Below the pieces are notes generated by a model. It was not told the origin of the DNA, searched no databases, and saw nothing but the letters and a program-made list of their open reading frames with translations. The position numbers were made by a program, and so were the translations under genes. Positions 17,988 through 27,545 of a DNA stretch of 64,000 bases are shown piece after piece. Within the stretch, counting starts at the first letter, position 1, and every line of letters begins with the position of its first letter. The stretch is from Candidatus Hermodarchaeota archaeon (GTDB taxonomy: Archaea; Asgardarchaeota; Hermodarchaeia; Hermodarchaeales; Hermodarchaeaceae): assembly GCA_016839365.1 (NCBI GenBank), contig JAEOUH010000029.1, positions 15,511 through 79,510 of the forward strand, given 5' to 3'.

Positions 17988-19859
17988 CTATATGCGTTCC
18001 AGTGGAGTAATTCCAAGCAGCTCGAGGGCGTTGGAAAGGACTTGACGACTGAGGTCAACGAGAAGGAGACGAGCATTCTTGAGCCCAGGAGTTTTGGCTT
18101 TGAGAACCGGGCAGTGATTGTAGAACGCGTTGAAGGCAACGGAAAGGGCGTAGGTGTACTCGGCGAGATGAAAGAGTTCGATGCGAGTTCCCCAGACTTC
18201 GCGGTGGATTCCCTCTACGACTTCAAGGATGAGGGCTGGAAAACGACCAAGGAGCTTGATGAGTTCGGTTTCAAACGGGCTGGATAAGCTGCTGAGGCGC
18301 GCTGTTTTCGGAGCCGCCTCCTTTTGGAGGATGGAGCTAGCCCTGGCATGAGTATACATCAAGTAGGGAGCCGCGTTGCCATCGAAGTTGAGCATATCTT
18401 CCCATTTGAATACGATTTGTTTTTCGACTGCAACTTTGAGGAGGGCGTATCTGATTGCAGCTGATCCAACGGCTTCAGCGACTTGGCGGAGGAAGCGGGC
18501 ATCTGCCTCAGGGTTACGCTTCTTCACTTCTTTTCGTGCACGACGTGTGGATTCTCGAAGGATATCGTCGGTGCTTTGACCTATCCATGTGCCTTTTCTT
18601 CCAGAGATTCGAGCATCTGGGAGTGTTACAAACTCGTAGGCAAGATGATAGTAGTTGGCTGATGCCTTGATATAGCCGAGAGTTTCCAAGGTGAGGTAGA
18701 CTGTGCGTTGCTCTTGGCTTTGAGGCATGCCGATGACATTATAGATCACATCGGCGGGACGGTAGTGACCCTCTTCTCCCTGTTGTTTAGTGGTCCAAAT
18801 CTCGTTTTCACGGGCTTTGGGGCTCTTGAATGGTTGGTATTTGAAGGGATCTGGAATGACTCCAAATTTCCAAAAATGGAACACTATGTCTTTTCCAGTA
18901 TAAGTGGCGACTCCATCAGAGCGGACCAACACTTTTTCGGTATCCTTCAATTGCTTGAACTCTTCATAGGCACCAAGGTCCACGATTACACAACCCGCTT
19001 TTTCACCCCCTGTGGGTCGGGATGCCGTGGGCGCTTCCATGATTTTCTTCAGACCCTTAGCGAATAAGCCAGAATGCGCAATATCGCTTTCCCACACTAA
19101 TAGATCATGATGAACGTTAAGCCGATCATGGGTTTTATGATGAGCTCGTAGCACCCGTTCCGACATTTTTCGGGCTTCCGAGGCCATTTCATTGTACCCT
19201 TCTTCCATGAGCTTCAAGTATTGGCGAACCTGTGCTTCGTCGTATTTGTCTTGGGCATCCACATAGAGGCGGCCAATCACTTGGTCATATTTCCCTTTGT
19301 ACTCTGACGCATCTAGGTGTTTTAGCGCCCAATACGCAACAGCGATTTGGAGTCCGAGGTCATTGATGTAATCCATTCGAGTGACATCATACCCGACGGC
19401 TTGCATAAGTCGGGCAACTGTGTCACCAAGGACGGCGTTTCGGGCATGGCCGATATGCAAGGGGTTGTTTGGATTCACCGCAGGATATTCCACAACGACA
19501 TGCTTTCCTGCAAACCTCTTTGTTTTGCCATATAAGGGTCCGTCGGCTTGGATCGCTTCGACGACCAATCGGCGATAGGGAATGATGTTGATGTAGAAAT
19601 TCACATATGGTCCGTGAGCAACGACCTGCTCAATGAGTGGAAACTGGATGGGATCGAAGAACGCTAGTTCCTTAGCGATTTCTGCTGGGCTCTTCTTAAG
19701 CTGCTGAGCCAAGTGGAAGGCTGCGGTGCAAGCTAAATCCCCATGTTGTGGGTCTCCGGGTATTTCGAGGTATCTACTAAGGTCTTGTCCACTGGCTAGA
19801 TGTAGCGCTTTAATGACCTGTTTCTTGAATTTTGCCCAAGGATTTTCGACGTTCACCAT
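17988..19859 (-). CDS. argS: Arginine--tRNA ligase
   Basis: VEYPAVNPNNPLHIGHARNAVLGD, YINDLGLQ, RSDGVATY, ISGRKG, APYLMYTHARASSI, LLGITPLERI. ATG 19859 preferred. Confidence 0.96.
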   Translation of the reverse strand: MVNVENPWAKFKKQVIKALHLASGQDLSRYLEIPGDPQHGDLACTAAFHLAQQLKKSPAEIAKELAFFDPIQFPLIEQVVAHGPYVNFYINIIPYRRLVVEAIQADGPLYGKTKRFAGKHVVVEYPAVNPNNPLHIGHARNAVLGDTVARLMQAVGYDVTRMDYINDLGLQIAVAYWALKHLDASEYKGKYDQVIGRLYVDAQDKYDEAQVRQYLKLMEEGYNEMASEARKMSERVLRAHHKTHDRLNVHHDLLVWESDIAHSGLFAKGLKKIMEAPTASRPTGGEKAGCVIVDLGAYEEFKQLKDTEKVLVRSDGVATYTGKDIVFHFWKFGVIPDPFKYQPFKSPKARENEIWTTKQQGEEGHYRPADVIYNVIGMPQSQEQRTVYLTLETLGYIKASANYYHLAYEFVTLPDARISGRKGTWIGQSTDDILRESTRRARKEVKKRNPEADARFLRQVAEAVGSAAIRYALLKVAVEKQIVFKWEDMLNFDGNAAPYLMYTHARASSILQKEAAPKTARLSSLSSPFETELIKLLGRFPALILEVVEGIHREVWGTRIELFHLAEYTYALSVAFNAFYNHCPVLKAKTPGLKNARLLLVDLSRQVLSNALELLGITPLERI

Positions 19860-19993
19860 TATCTGAATCCTACTGAGAGTACGCGAAGTCAGCCTTTTTT
19901 CTCTTTCGTCAAACACTGATGGAAGTTACCTTCTCAAGATTAAGAACGAAATCATTAAAATAGGGTGTATCGTAACTCGCCTGAATCAATTGT

Positions 19994-20069
19994 GGGCCCG
20001 TGGCCAAGTGGATACGGCGACAGGCTTCGGACCTGTAGATCCGGGGTTCAAATCCCTGCGGGCCCGCCA
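19994..20069 (+). tRNA. tRNA-Arg (anticodon TCG), CCA encoded, no intron
   Basis: Acceptor stem GGGCCCG/CGGGCCC, anticodon arm ACAGG-CTTCGGA-CCTGT, T arm CGGGG-TTCAAAT-CCCTG, discriminator G plus CCA; 76 nt. Confidence 0.97.
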
Positions 20070-20240
20070 GTCCCTTTTGCCTCATAACTTAATGATTATT
20101 GAATATGGTCCCTATTATTGCCGGATTTCTTTCAAGTCTTAGTTTACCCGCTCCTAAGTATAGGGAGGAGTGTACTTCTGGCGATTTTCGATTCGTTTTG
20201 GTAGTGATGTTAGTAGTAAACCAATTAGAAACGTGCGTGC

Positions 20241-21341
20241 CTATTTGATAGACTTGAACCGACCTTTGAGTTTATTTAACACATCGGGAAGTGTGGTGTA
20301 TTCCATAGCTGTTGGAGGTAGACGATGAGGTTCAAAGGGTCCGTGACGGCGTAGATAATCTGCGACGTACATGCACTGGTCACGTGTTAAATCCCAAGCA
20401 GGGTCATCGAAGACATCTAAAGGCTCAGTTAGCCTCCCATCTTTCATGCTAAAGGCTAATCCGATGACACGTGGAGGACCGTCAAAACGTGTGCATTGTG
20501 AGTAATGAAGAGGAACAGGCATTAGGGGGCCGTTGTGGCTTCCGCGCATCCATCCGGTTACAAGATGACCGAGTGCGAAGCCTTCGAGAACTTCCCCCGT
20601 TGCAGGAAATCCACTTTGTGCCCGTACGATGGCAGCAGGATCATCTTTTCCAATGTACTTTCCCGCAACTGCGTATAGTTTCTCGGTGGAGATGACTGCA
20701 CCGATACCCCGTTTTTCGTCCTTTGAATAGACGTGTTTGATGACATAGTCTTCTGTTGACCCAATTAAGGCTAAGAGATCGTAGGTTTCAGCGGGGGTTT
20801 CGAGTTTTACCATTTTGTCGTTTTTGATGTCGAAGACTTCGAAGATGAAACCATCGTGCATCTTTGGGTCGATGATGAGACCAGATGTATTGAAAGGATC
20901 GGCGAACACCCGGTAGATTGGGTAGTTGAAAGCGCCCGGGGCAGTTTTATCCGCCGTAAAAACTACAAAGGGTTCAGCCGGACGTTCTTCAAATTCCATT
21001 TCTGCAACGCCAGGTCCCATTCCGCGGACATTGCCACTGAAGGCTTCCTTCAAGATGTCCTGTCCGGCTCCGTAGAGTCCACGTTCCTTCGCATTTTGTG
21101 CGCCTTTCATAAGGGCATCGAAAGCGGTTTTGTGGATTTCTTCGTCATCAACTCCACGAGTGTGGGTCATCATGATCTCGCTATCATCACCCGCATTCCA
21201 GATTTTGTAGTCAATGATGAGTCCGGATTGGTGGGCGTCTTCGATAGCTTGACAGATGACATCAGTTGTCACATCACAGGTCCGGATGTGACCACCAATA
21301 CTACCAATATCGGCTTTGATTAGTGTGATAGTGATTTTCAC
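20241..21341 (-). CDS. fbp: Fructose-1,6-bisphosphate aldolase/phosphatase (class V)
   Basis: IKADIGSIGGH, GLYGAGQD, ADKT.PGAFN.P, YIGKDDP (Schiff-base Lys), GWMRGSHNGP, MEYTTLP. Start is GTG 21341 or 21350. Confidence 0.96.
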   Translation of the reverse strand: MKITITLIKADIGSIGGHIRTCDVTTDVICQAIEDAHQSGLIIDYKIWNAGDDSEIMMTHTRGVDDEEIHKTAFDALMKGAQNAKERGLYGAGQDILKEAFSGNVRGMGPGVAEMEFEERPAEPFVVFTADKTAPGAFNYPIYRVFADPFNTSGLIIDPKMHDGFIFEVFDIKNDKMVKLETPAETYDLLALIGSTEDYVIKHVYSKDEKRGIGAVISTEKLYAVAGKYIGKDDPAAIVRAQSGFPATGEVLEGFALGHLVTGWMRGSHNGPLMPVPLHYSQCTRFDGPPRVIGLAFSMKDGRLTEPLDVFDDPAWDLTRDQCMYVADYLRRHGPFEPHRLPPTAMEYTTLPDVLNKLKGRFKSIK

Positions 21342-21486
21342 AGGTACCACCTGTGTTATACTCCTTTTTTTCACGTGTTGGGTGCAACACGCTGAAGGCA
21401 GACTATCTTACCATTATTAAATAATTTGGTTCTTTTGCACAAATTTCTTATTTTCATCCCTCTGTCTGGAGAACCCGATTTAGGTG

Positions 21487-22008
21487 TTAGAGTTTGTTTA
21501 ACTCTTTGAGGTATCGGCGGCCAAGCTCGACATAGATTTGCCAATTTGTTGCAAGTTCTGTACGATCGTTAGGAGTTAGAGACCGGACAACTTTGCCTGG
21601 AATGCCAAATACCACACTTTCAGGTGGAATCTGCTTCCCAGGCGTGATCACGCTCCCCGCCCCAATGATTGTGTGATGTCCGACATGTGCACCATTTAAA
21701 ATCACAGCACCTATCCCGACTAGGACGTTATCATCAATGGTACATCCATGGGCAACGGTGTTGTGCCCAAGGATTACGCAGTTCCCAATTTTGGTGGGGA
21801 ATCGAACATCAGCGTGAACGGTGCAGTTGTCTTGGATACTAGAATCAGTTCCTATTGTAATGGTGTTGTAATCAGCACGAATTACTGCGTGCTCCCACAC
21901 GTTACTTCGAGCTCCAATAGTAGCCGCCCCAATGACTGTTGCACGTGGGGAAATGTATACATCTGCTGCAATTGTCGGTTTCTTATCTTGGTAGGGGATG
22001 ATTGGCAT
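21487..22008 (-). CDS. Gamma carbonic anhydrase family protein (CaiE/PaaY/YrdA-like)
   Basis: Hexapeptide repeats, IRAD, IQDNCTVH, GHN..AHGC. Confidence 0.9.
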   Translation of the reverse strand: MPIIPYQDKKPTIAADVYISPRATVIGAATIGARSNVWEHAVIRADYNTITIGTDSSIQDNCTVHADVRFPTKIGNCVILGHNTVAHGCTIDDNVLVGIGAVILNGAHVGHHTIIGAGSVITPGKQIPPESVVFGIPGKVVRSLTPNDRTELATNWQIYVELGRRYLKELNKL

Positions 22009-22063
22009 ACATTCTCATCTCCAGTTTTTCTGTCGGTAGATATCTTTATGCCATAACTGTTAC

Positions 22064-22852
22064 TCATTCACCGCCTCCCAAAGCTAGAATTGCTGCACCC
22101 AAGGCTCCGGTGTATTGGGGTTCCCTTGGTACCCAGAGTTCTGTTTGGATTGCCTGGGCCAGATAATACAGAAAACCAGGATTTAACGCAACTCCGCCAG
22201 TCACAGAGACAGGTGATTTGACTCCGACTCGTTGAGAGAGAGTGGCGATTTTTGACGCCATTGCTTTATGAACACCCGCAGCAATATCTGAAGGACTTTC
22301 TCCAGTTCCGATACGCCCAATTACTTCGCTTTCAGCAAAGACAGTGCATGTACTGCTGATTGTCGAAGGGCGCTTGGCTTTCAAAGAGAGAGACCCTAAT
22401 TCGTTGATTGAAACCTCAAGGACCCGTGCCATTACTTCTAAGAATCGTCCAGTCCCTGCACTACATTTGTCGTTAAGTTCGAAGTCAAGGGGACGACCAT
22501 CGGTGCCGATACGTATTACTTTGGAATCTTGTCCACCGATATCGATGAGGGTACGAATTTCAGGATTGAGGTGGTGGACCCCGACGCTGTGACAGGTGAT
22601 TTCGGTGACGGATTTTATGGCATTGAGGGCTTGACGGCGACCGTATCCTGTACTAATGACAGGAACGACCGTGAGGTCTTGCTGAGAGCTTTTTCTCAAC
22701 TCGTCTAGGCATTTTTGTACAGATTTCTGGGCTGAGGCACCTGTGGCGAGTAGATATTGGGTAACAACGTTACGCTTGGCATCGAGTAATACAGCTTTCG
22801 TGGTAGTGGAACCTACATCTATGCCTATGCTCAAAGTTGATTTGGTAGCCAC
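22064..22852 (-). CDS. 2-hydroxyacyl-CoA dehydratase activase (HgdC/BadF ASKHA ATPase)
   Basis: GIDVGSTTTK, TGYGR, EITCH, IDIGGQDSK, NDKCSAGTGRF, STCTVFAESE. Confidence 0.93.
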   Translation of the reverse strand: MATKSTLSIGIDVGSTTTKAVLLDAKRNVVTQYLLATGASAQKSVQKCLDELRKSSQQDLTVVPVISTGYGRRQALNAIKSVTEITCHSVGVHHLNPEIRTLIDIGGQDSKVIRIGTDGRPLDFELNDKCSAGTGRFLEVMARVLEVSINELGSLSLKAKRPSTISSTCTVFAESEVIGRIGTGESPSDIAAGVHKAMASKIATLSQRVGVKSPVSVTGGVALNPGFLYYLAQAIQTELWVPREPQYTGALGAAILALGGGE

Positions 22853-22864
22853 GGTTATCGGCTC

Positions 22865-24091
22865 TTATACAATCATTTCGAGGAGGGCTTCGACTCGAGT
22901 CTCTACTTGTGCTTCATTGTATTGTTGGCTGTCGACCATATCGCCTTCGATGATGACACCAGGAACCCCGGTTCGACGGGTGATTTCTTCTTTGGTTACC
23001 ATTTGTCCTAAGGAATACCGCTTACAAGAGCGGACAGAGAACAATACAAACCCTTCTAGATCATAATCTTTGATGAGTGAACACATTTTGTCGATTTTGG
23101 CTGTGAGTCCCTTGTTGAGGTAGACGTTTGAATAGACTTTCGCAATGCTTTCCAGAATTTCTCCTCGCGGGATATTCGCTGACCAAGCATGAGTGTACGA
23201 ATCCGCTGGGAAAGACACACCTTTCTTAGCCAAGGTATTAAAGAAGTTGTAGATGGTGAACCATGGTGGAATATTATCCCAGAGCAATCGGACTTTCTCA
23301 TCGACGATGGCGCCTACATTATTTTTCACTCGATCTTGAACCTCTGCCAGAAAAGCCTGATAGAAGCTAATCGCCTGTTGTGTTCCACGTAAAGCAACAA
23401 TGGGAGCCATGGATAGGAACCGGTCTGCGCAGTTAAGGGGCGTGGGTTTGTGGCGACACGCCTCTAATGCACGAGTCCAGAGAGATACTGCTTCGTTGGA
23501 CAGTTCAGCGACTTGAATGAGTTTCTCTTCATCGTAATCTTGGTTGAATGTCTGACTCAGGAACTCTATTAGGCCCTCGAGTTTGGATTTCACATAGGAA
23601 AGGTGATGGGATGGTTGATCTCCTTCTAAGGGCGGCATATCGACGAGATAGACGGGTGCTCCAGTCATTTCAGAGACAGCTTCATACCAGGAAAGAACGG
23701 TGCCACAGATATTATTGCAGGCCAGGAGGGCTTGGGGTGTGGGAAGGCCAGTAAGGGGGCTTTGTTGAGGATTCTTAACAGAGCCAATACTACTCCGAGC
23801 ATAGGAACACAGCTCCTGAGAGAACCCCAATTCTTCAGCAAAGCCACAGAGTAATGGGCCGCATTTTTCTGAACCAACAATAGCTCCATACTGCTCGGGG
23901 TACGCGGCTGTTACATCGAATGCCACGGGAATCTCAACGGGAAAGCCTGATGTCACCCATGCCAAACGTCCCTGCTGTGAAGCCTGTTTCGTACTTAAAA
24001 TGTGAAGCGTCATGGTGTCGCGCAGAAGCTTGCTGGTGTTCAGTTTCCGGTAAGCTTTTTCTTTGGGAGTGGTGGTTGCGTCTGGAGCCAT
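22865..24091 (-). CDS. 2-hydroxyacyl-CoA dehydratase / class I benzoyl-CoA reductase family subunit
   Basis: AWVTSGFPVE, YPE, LCSYAR, NICG, RSCK (three Fe-S Cys), IEGDMVD. Confidence 0.88.
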   Translation of the reverse strand: MAPDATTTPKEKAYRKLNTSKLLRDTMTLHILSTKQASQQGRLAWVTSGFPVEIPVAFDVTAAYPEQYGAIVGSEKCGPLLCGFAEELGFSQELCSYARSSIGSVKNPQQSPLTGLPTPQALLACNNICGTVLSWYEAVSEMTGAPVYLVDMPPLEGDQPSHHLSYVKSKLEGLIEFLSQTFNQDYDEEKLIQVAELSNEAVSLWTRALEACRHKPTPLNCADRFLSMAPIVALRGTQQAISFYQAFLAEVQDRVKNNVGAIVDEKVRLLWDNIPPWFTIYNFFNTLAKKGVSFPADSYTHAWSANIPRGEILESIAKVYSNVYLNKGLTAKIDKMCSLIKDYDLEGFVLFSVRSCKRYSLGQMVTKEEITRRTGVPGVIIEGDMVDSQQYNEAQVETRVEALLEMIV

Positions 24092-24110
24092 TATCTTTCA
24101 CCTTTTAGTA

Positions 24111-25331
24111 TCATCTTGCTGTGAGGGTTTCAAGAAAGCTTTGTATGCGTCCTTCTAATCGTGCACGGTCAGAAAATTCTGGATCTAGAGGGACTCGGAC
24201 AGAGAGCACTTTCTTTTGTTCTGCAAGTTTTAGAGTGTCAGGAACTTCGAACTGATCTGGATCACAGAAGGATTGCTCACAGATAATTAATCCGTCAATC
24301 TTCAGTTTCTCGAATACCCTTCTAAGAAAGGTCAATCGAGAGGGTAAACCCTCTTGTGTGGCCTCTGCAGGCGCACTAAGGATACTTTGAGCCATTTCCG
24401 TGAAGGGATCAAAATGAAGGTTAGGCGCCTTGGTGAAGGTTGTCCGATAAGTAAAGGATAATAGATCAAAGGCAATCTCAAGGTCTTCGAGATCTGCGTT
24501 GGCTTTGGCATTATCGAAGTGGAATGCAACACCTTCAGAGTCGACCATTCCTCCTATTATCATAATACGAGGTTCATCTGTTGATTGGATTTCTATTTGG
24601 TCAGGAATATGACCAGCTAACAGACCATGCCGAAGAGCTTCAGTTGTTGGGAGACATTGCTCTTTGCGAAGCTCGTTTTGCAGGTGGGTGGCAACACTTT
24701 CGATTTCTGTAAGCGAATTGAGGCTAGGTGCTGTAAGGAATTTCCGAATGAGTCTAGCGTATTCAAAGTATGGATAGATTGAAGGCCGAATGATGCGTGC
24801 TACAGCAATGAATTGAGCGGCTGCCTTGAATTCAGCGATGAGTGCAACGGCCTTTTGATAGAGCTCCATAACAAACCGCTTGCCCAAGATAACTTCCAGG
24901 TGGTTACTCAAGTCTCGGAGCTCCTCTGCAAGATAGGTAACTGCCATATCATCGTTTGCCACAGGATAAGTTAATCGTAGAACAGTGTCGTCTGGAAAAC
25001 GGGCTCGCCAGACATCACCCAGATTTTGAAGCGAGTCACATGTACCACCTGGAAATAAGATGGCGTTCAGGGGTGGCATGTGTTCTTTGGATCGTTGGCT
25101 GAAGAGATTTCGTGAGTAGGCACAACAGAAGGTTTGCAGGCTCGCCTCGTAGGCACTGGGTATCTTCGGTTCAGCCCACAGCAGAATGGGTGTGAAGTCG
25201 TGAGCAAGAAAGAGTTCAAGCGGTGCGTGAGGGTAAATGTAGCCTATAAGTCCATGTTCAGCTGCAATGAGTTCTTGAACTTCTTGATGTCGAGCAGCAA
25301 TGAGAGCATCATAAGTTAAGGGAGTACTCAT
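24111..25331 (-). CDS. 2-hydroxyacyl-CoA dehydratase family, second subunit
   Basis: QTFCCAYSR, GTCDS, SFCDPD, RIQSFLE. ATG 25331 preferred. Confidence 0.85.
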   Translation of the reverse strand: MSTPLTYDALIAARHQEVQELIAAEHGLIGYIYPHAPLELFLAHDFTPILLWAEPKIPSAYEASLQTFCCAYSRNLFSQRSKEHMPPLNAILFPGGTCDSLQNLGDVWRARFPDDTVLRLTYPVANDDMAVTYLAEELRDLSNHLEVILGKRFVMELYQKAVALIAEFKAAAQFIAVARIIRPSIYPYFEYARLIRKFLTAPSLNSLTEIESVATHLQNELRKEQCLPTTEALRHGLLAGHIPDQIEIQSTDEPRIMIIGGMVDSEGVAFHFDNAKANADLEDLEIAFDLLSFTYRTTFTKAPNLHFDPFTEMAQSILSAPAEATQEGLPSRLTFLRRVFEKLKIDGLIICEQSFCDPDQFEVPDTLKLAEQKKVLSVRVPLDPEFSDRARLEGRIQSFLETLTAR

Positions 25332-25487
25332 TTGAACCAACCAAACCTTATGGATATCTATCGGCTTTTGCCTTAAGCTTTCGCACCCAACCAAGGATTA
25401 CCAATGAAAACTAGATGTTAATTTCTGTAATTACCAAAAACTCCTTTAATGAATTAAGACATTCAGTCTCATTGCGAGGTTTTTTCC

Positions 25488-26429
25488 TTGACTACTTCGA
25501 TTGAAATGGTAGACTTGACCAAAGAGTTTGCGAAGATCAGAGCAGTTGACAATGTCTCATTGGATGTTCGACGTGGTGAAGTGTTCGGATTTCTTGGGCC
25601 CAACGCTGCTGGGAAATCGACAACAGTGAAAGTCGCAGCGACTTTGTTAGTGCCCAGCAAAGGTTCGATTGTTATTGAAGGATACGATGTCCTAGAACAA
25701 CCGGTTGAGGTACGATCGATTATTGGGCTTCTCCCTGAAGATGGAGCTTCGACCCATTATGACCGATTATCAGCCTACAAGAACTTGGAATACTTTGGTC
25801 GACTCTATGATGTACCTGAAGAGACTCTTGAGAACCGAATTGATGAACTGCTAGAGTTCCTAGAACTTTCTGATCGCAAAGATGATTCTCCGGCAACCTA
25901 CTCAACAGGACTTAAGCAGAAACTATCTATTGCCCGGTCAATGATTCATAATCCCCAAGTGGTATTTCTTGATGAGCCAACATCCAGTTTGGATCCAATC
26001 ATGTCCAAGAGGGTGCGGGAGTTTATCGATACTCAGGCTGAAGGAGGAACGCAAACCTTCTTTCTTTGTACCCATTTACTTTCTGAAGTTGAAGCCCTCT
26101 GTGACCGTGTGGGATTCATTTCAAAAGGAAAATTGGTGGAAGTCGGGCGTCCAAAGGAGTTGCGCCGCAAGTTCTGGACTTTACGCACCTATGAAATACA
26201 GCTTACTGATTCTAATTTGCAAAAATCTGGTGAAATTATTACCTCCACAGGTCTAGCCAAATCAGTGAAGATTGAAGGGAGCCGCATTGTTTTCGAACTT
26301 GAAAATGCGGAGACTAAGAATCCCCAGATTGTCCGAGCCCTCGTTGAGTCTGGAATGAATATAATTGAACTGCGAGAACGTGTACCAGACCTTGATGCTG
26401 TATATCAAAAAGTGATTGGAGGGAACTAA
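25488..26429 (+). CDS. ABC-2 type transporter ATP-binding protein
   Basis: Walker A GPNAAGKST, signature YSTG, Walker B VFLDEPT, H-loop. Confidence 0.93.
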   Translation: MTTSIEMVDLTKEFAKIRAVDNVSLDVRRGEVFGFLGPNAAGKSTTVKVAATLLVPSKGSIVIEGYDVLEQPVEVRSIIGLLPEDGASTHYDRLSAYKNLEYFGRLYDVPEETLENRIDELLEFLELSDRKDDSPATYSTGLKQKLSIARSMIHNPQVVFLDEPTSSLDPIMSKRVREFIDTQAEGGTQTFFLCTHLLSEVEALCDRVGFISKGKLVEVGRPKELRRKFWTLRTYEIQLTDSNLQKSGEIITSTGLAKSVKIEGSRIVFELENAETKNPQIVRALVESGMNIIELRERVPDLDAVYQKVIGGN

Positions 26430-26430
26430 A

Positions 26431-27165
26431 ATGTGGAAGAAAGCTTGGTTTATGGCCCAAACCGAAATGCGAATGGTCTTCAAGAGCCGACAAGTCCGCA
26501 TGATTCCGATCATTGTTGTTATTATGTCTGTAGCTTTTGGAGGGATTATGACCTGGTTGATGTTATCCTCTGGAGGAATCGATGCAGCTCTTTTTTCTGT
26601 GACATTAGGTTCGATTATGGGCGCAGTGGTGATAATGCTCCCCCTGATGTTGCCGATTCTAATCGCTGCAGATTCGATTGTGGGGGAGAAGGAGAGGCAT
26701 ACATTGGTTCCATTGTTGGCTACACCACTTACTGATGGCGAGTTACTCCTTGGAAAATTCTTAACTGCTATGATTCCGGGGCTACTTGTGGCCTATGGAA
26801 ACCTTGCACTTGCAGTCTTGGTTGTGAATGGAGTTGTCTTCTTCATGGCTCCGCAGTTTCTCTGGGTCTGGCCTGATTTGCTCTCACTTGTTCAGGCAAT
26901 TATTCTCCCAATCCTATTTGCAATTCTTGCTGTTGGGCTGATGGTCATTATCTCTGGTAGAGCAAACACTGTGTATGAAGCTTATCAGACTGGTGGCATT
27001 CTAATTCTTCCTGCCATGGTGTTTGCCTACTCTGGCTTCCTGTTAGGGCTAGGCTGGCTCATCTTCGTTATCGGATCCATAATCATCCTTTTTGTTGATT
27101 TCATTTTGTTCCGTATCGCTCTCCGATTGTTCAATCGTGATCCCCTCATTACACGAACTGGTTAG
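26431..27165 (+). CDS. ABC-2 type transporter permease
   Basis: AADSIVGEKERHTLVPLLATP...LLGK, about 6 TM, directly after the ATPase. Confidence 0.9.
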   Translation: MWKKAWFMAQTEMRMVFKSRQVRMIPIIVVIMSVAFGGIMTWLMLSSGGIDAALFSVTLGSIMGAVVIMLPLMLPILIAADSIVGEKERHTLVPLLATPLTDGELLLGKFLTAMIPGLLVAYGNLALAVLVVNGVVFFMAPQFLWVWPDLLSLVQAIILPILFAILAVGLMVIISGRANTVYEAYQTGGILILPAMVFAYSGFLLGLGWLIFVIGSIIILFVDFILFRIALRLFNRDPLITRTG

Positions 27166-27236
27166 TCAACCTTTGAATGTGACCTAAGATTAAAAACAGG
27201 AACCGGATAAGTAGCTCATTACGAGTGTGATTTTAC

Positions 27237-27539
27237 ATGTCGAAGGTATACCGAATTATTGCACGTGTTCATGAGACACGGGCTGAAGAAGGAAAAAGCC
27301 CTTGCCGTCTGTATAAGGTCGGAGATGAGTTCGATCTCTCAAAGCCTGAAGAAAAGGAGAAGATTTGCCGTTGGGCATATAACGCCATGTTCCCCTTCAT
27401 AACGATTCTTGAATTTGATGGAACGATACCATGGGAACCTGATAAGAACCGAGGTTATGTTGCTTGTCCTGACCCCCATAATATTGTGGTGTTTGAGTTA
27501 CGCCGTGAAGGCATTATAGAGACACGAGAAAGTCCATAG
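27237..27539 (+). CDS. TIGR04076 family protein
   Basis: C..YKVGDEF, ICRWAY, VACPDP..IVVFEL. Confidence 0.75.
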   Translation: MSKVYRIIARVHETRAEEGKSPCRLYKVGDEFDLSKPEEKEKICRWAYNAMFPFITILEFDGTIPWEPDKNRGYVACPDPHNIVVFELRREGIIETRESP

Positions 27540-27545
27540 CAGAAC

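Noticed and set aside
20070-20240. Integrated element at the tRNA-Arg 3' end
   Set aside because: No integrase, and I saw no duplicated tRNA 3' end in the window; flanking genes are housekeeping.
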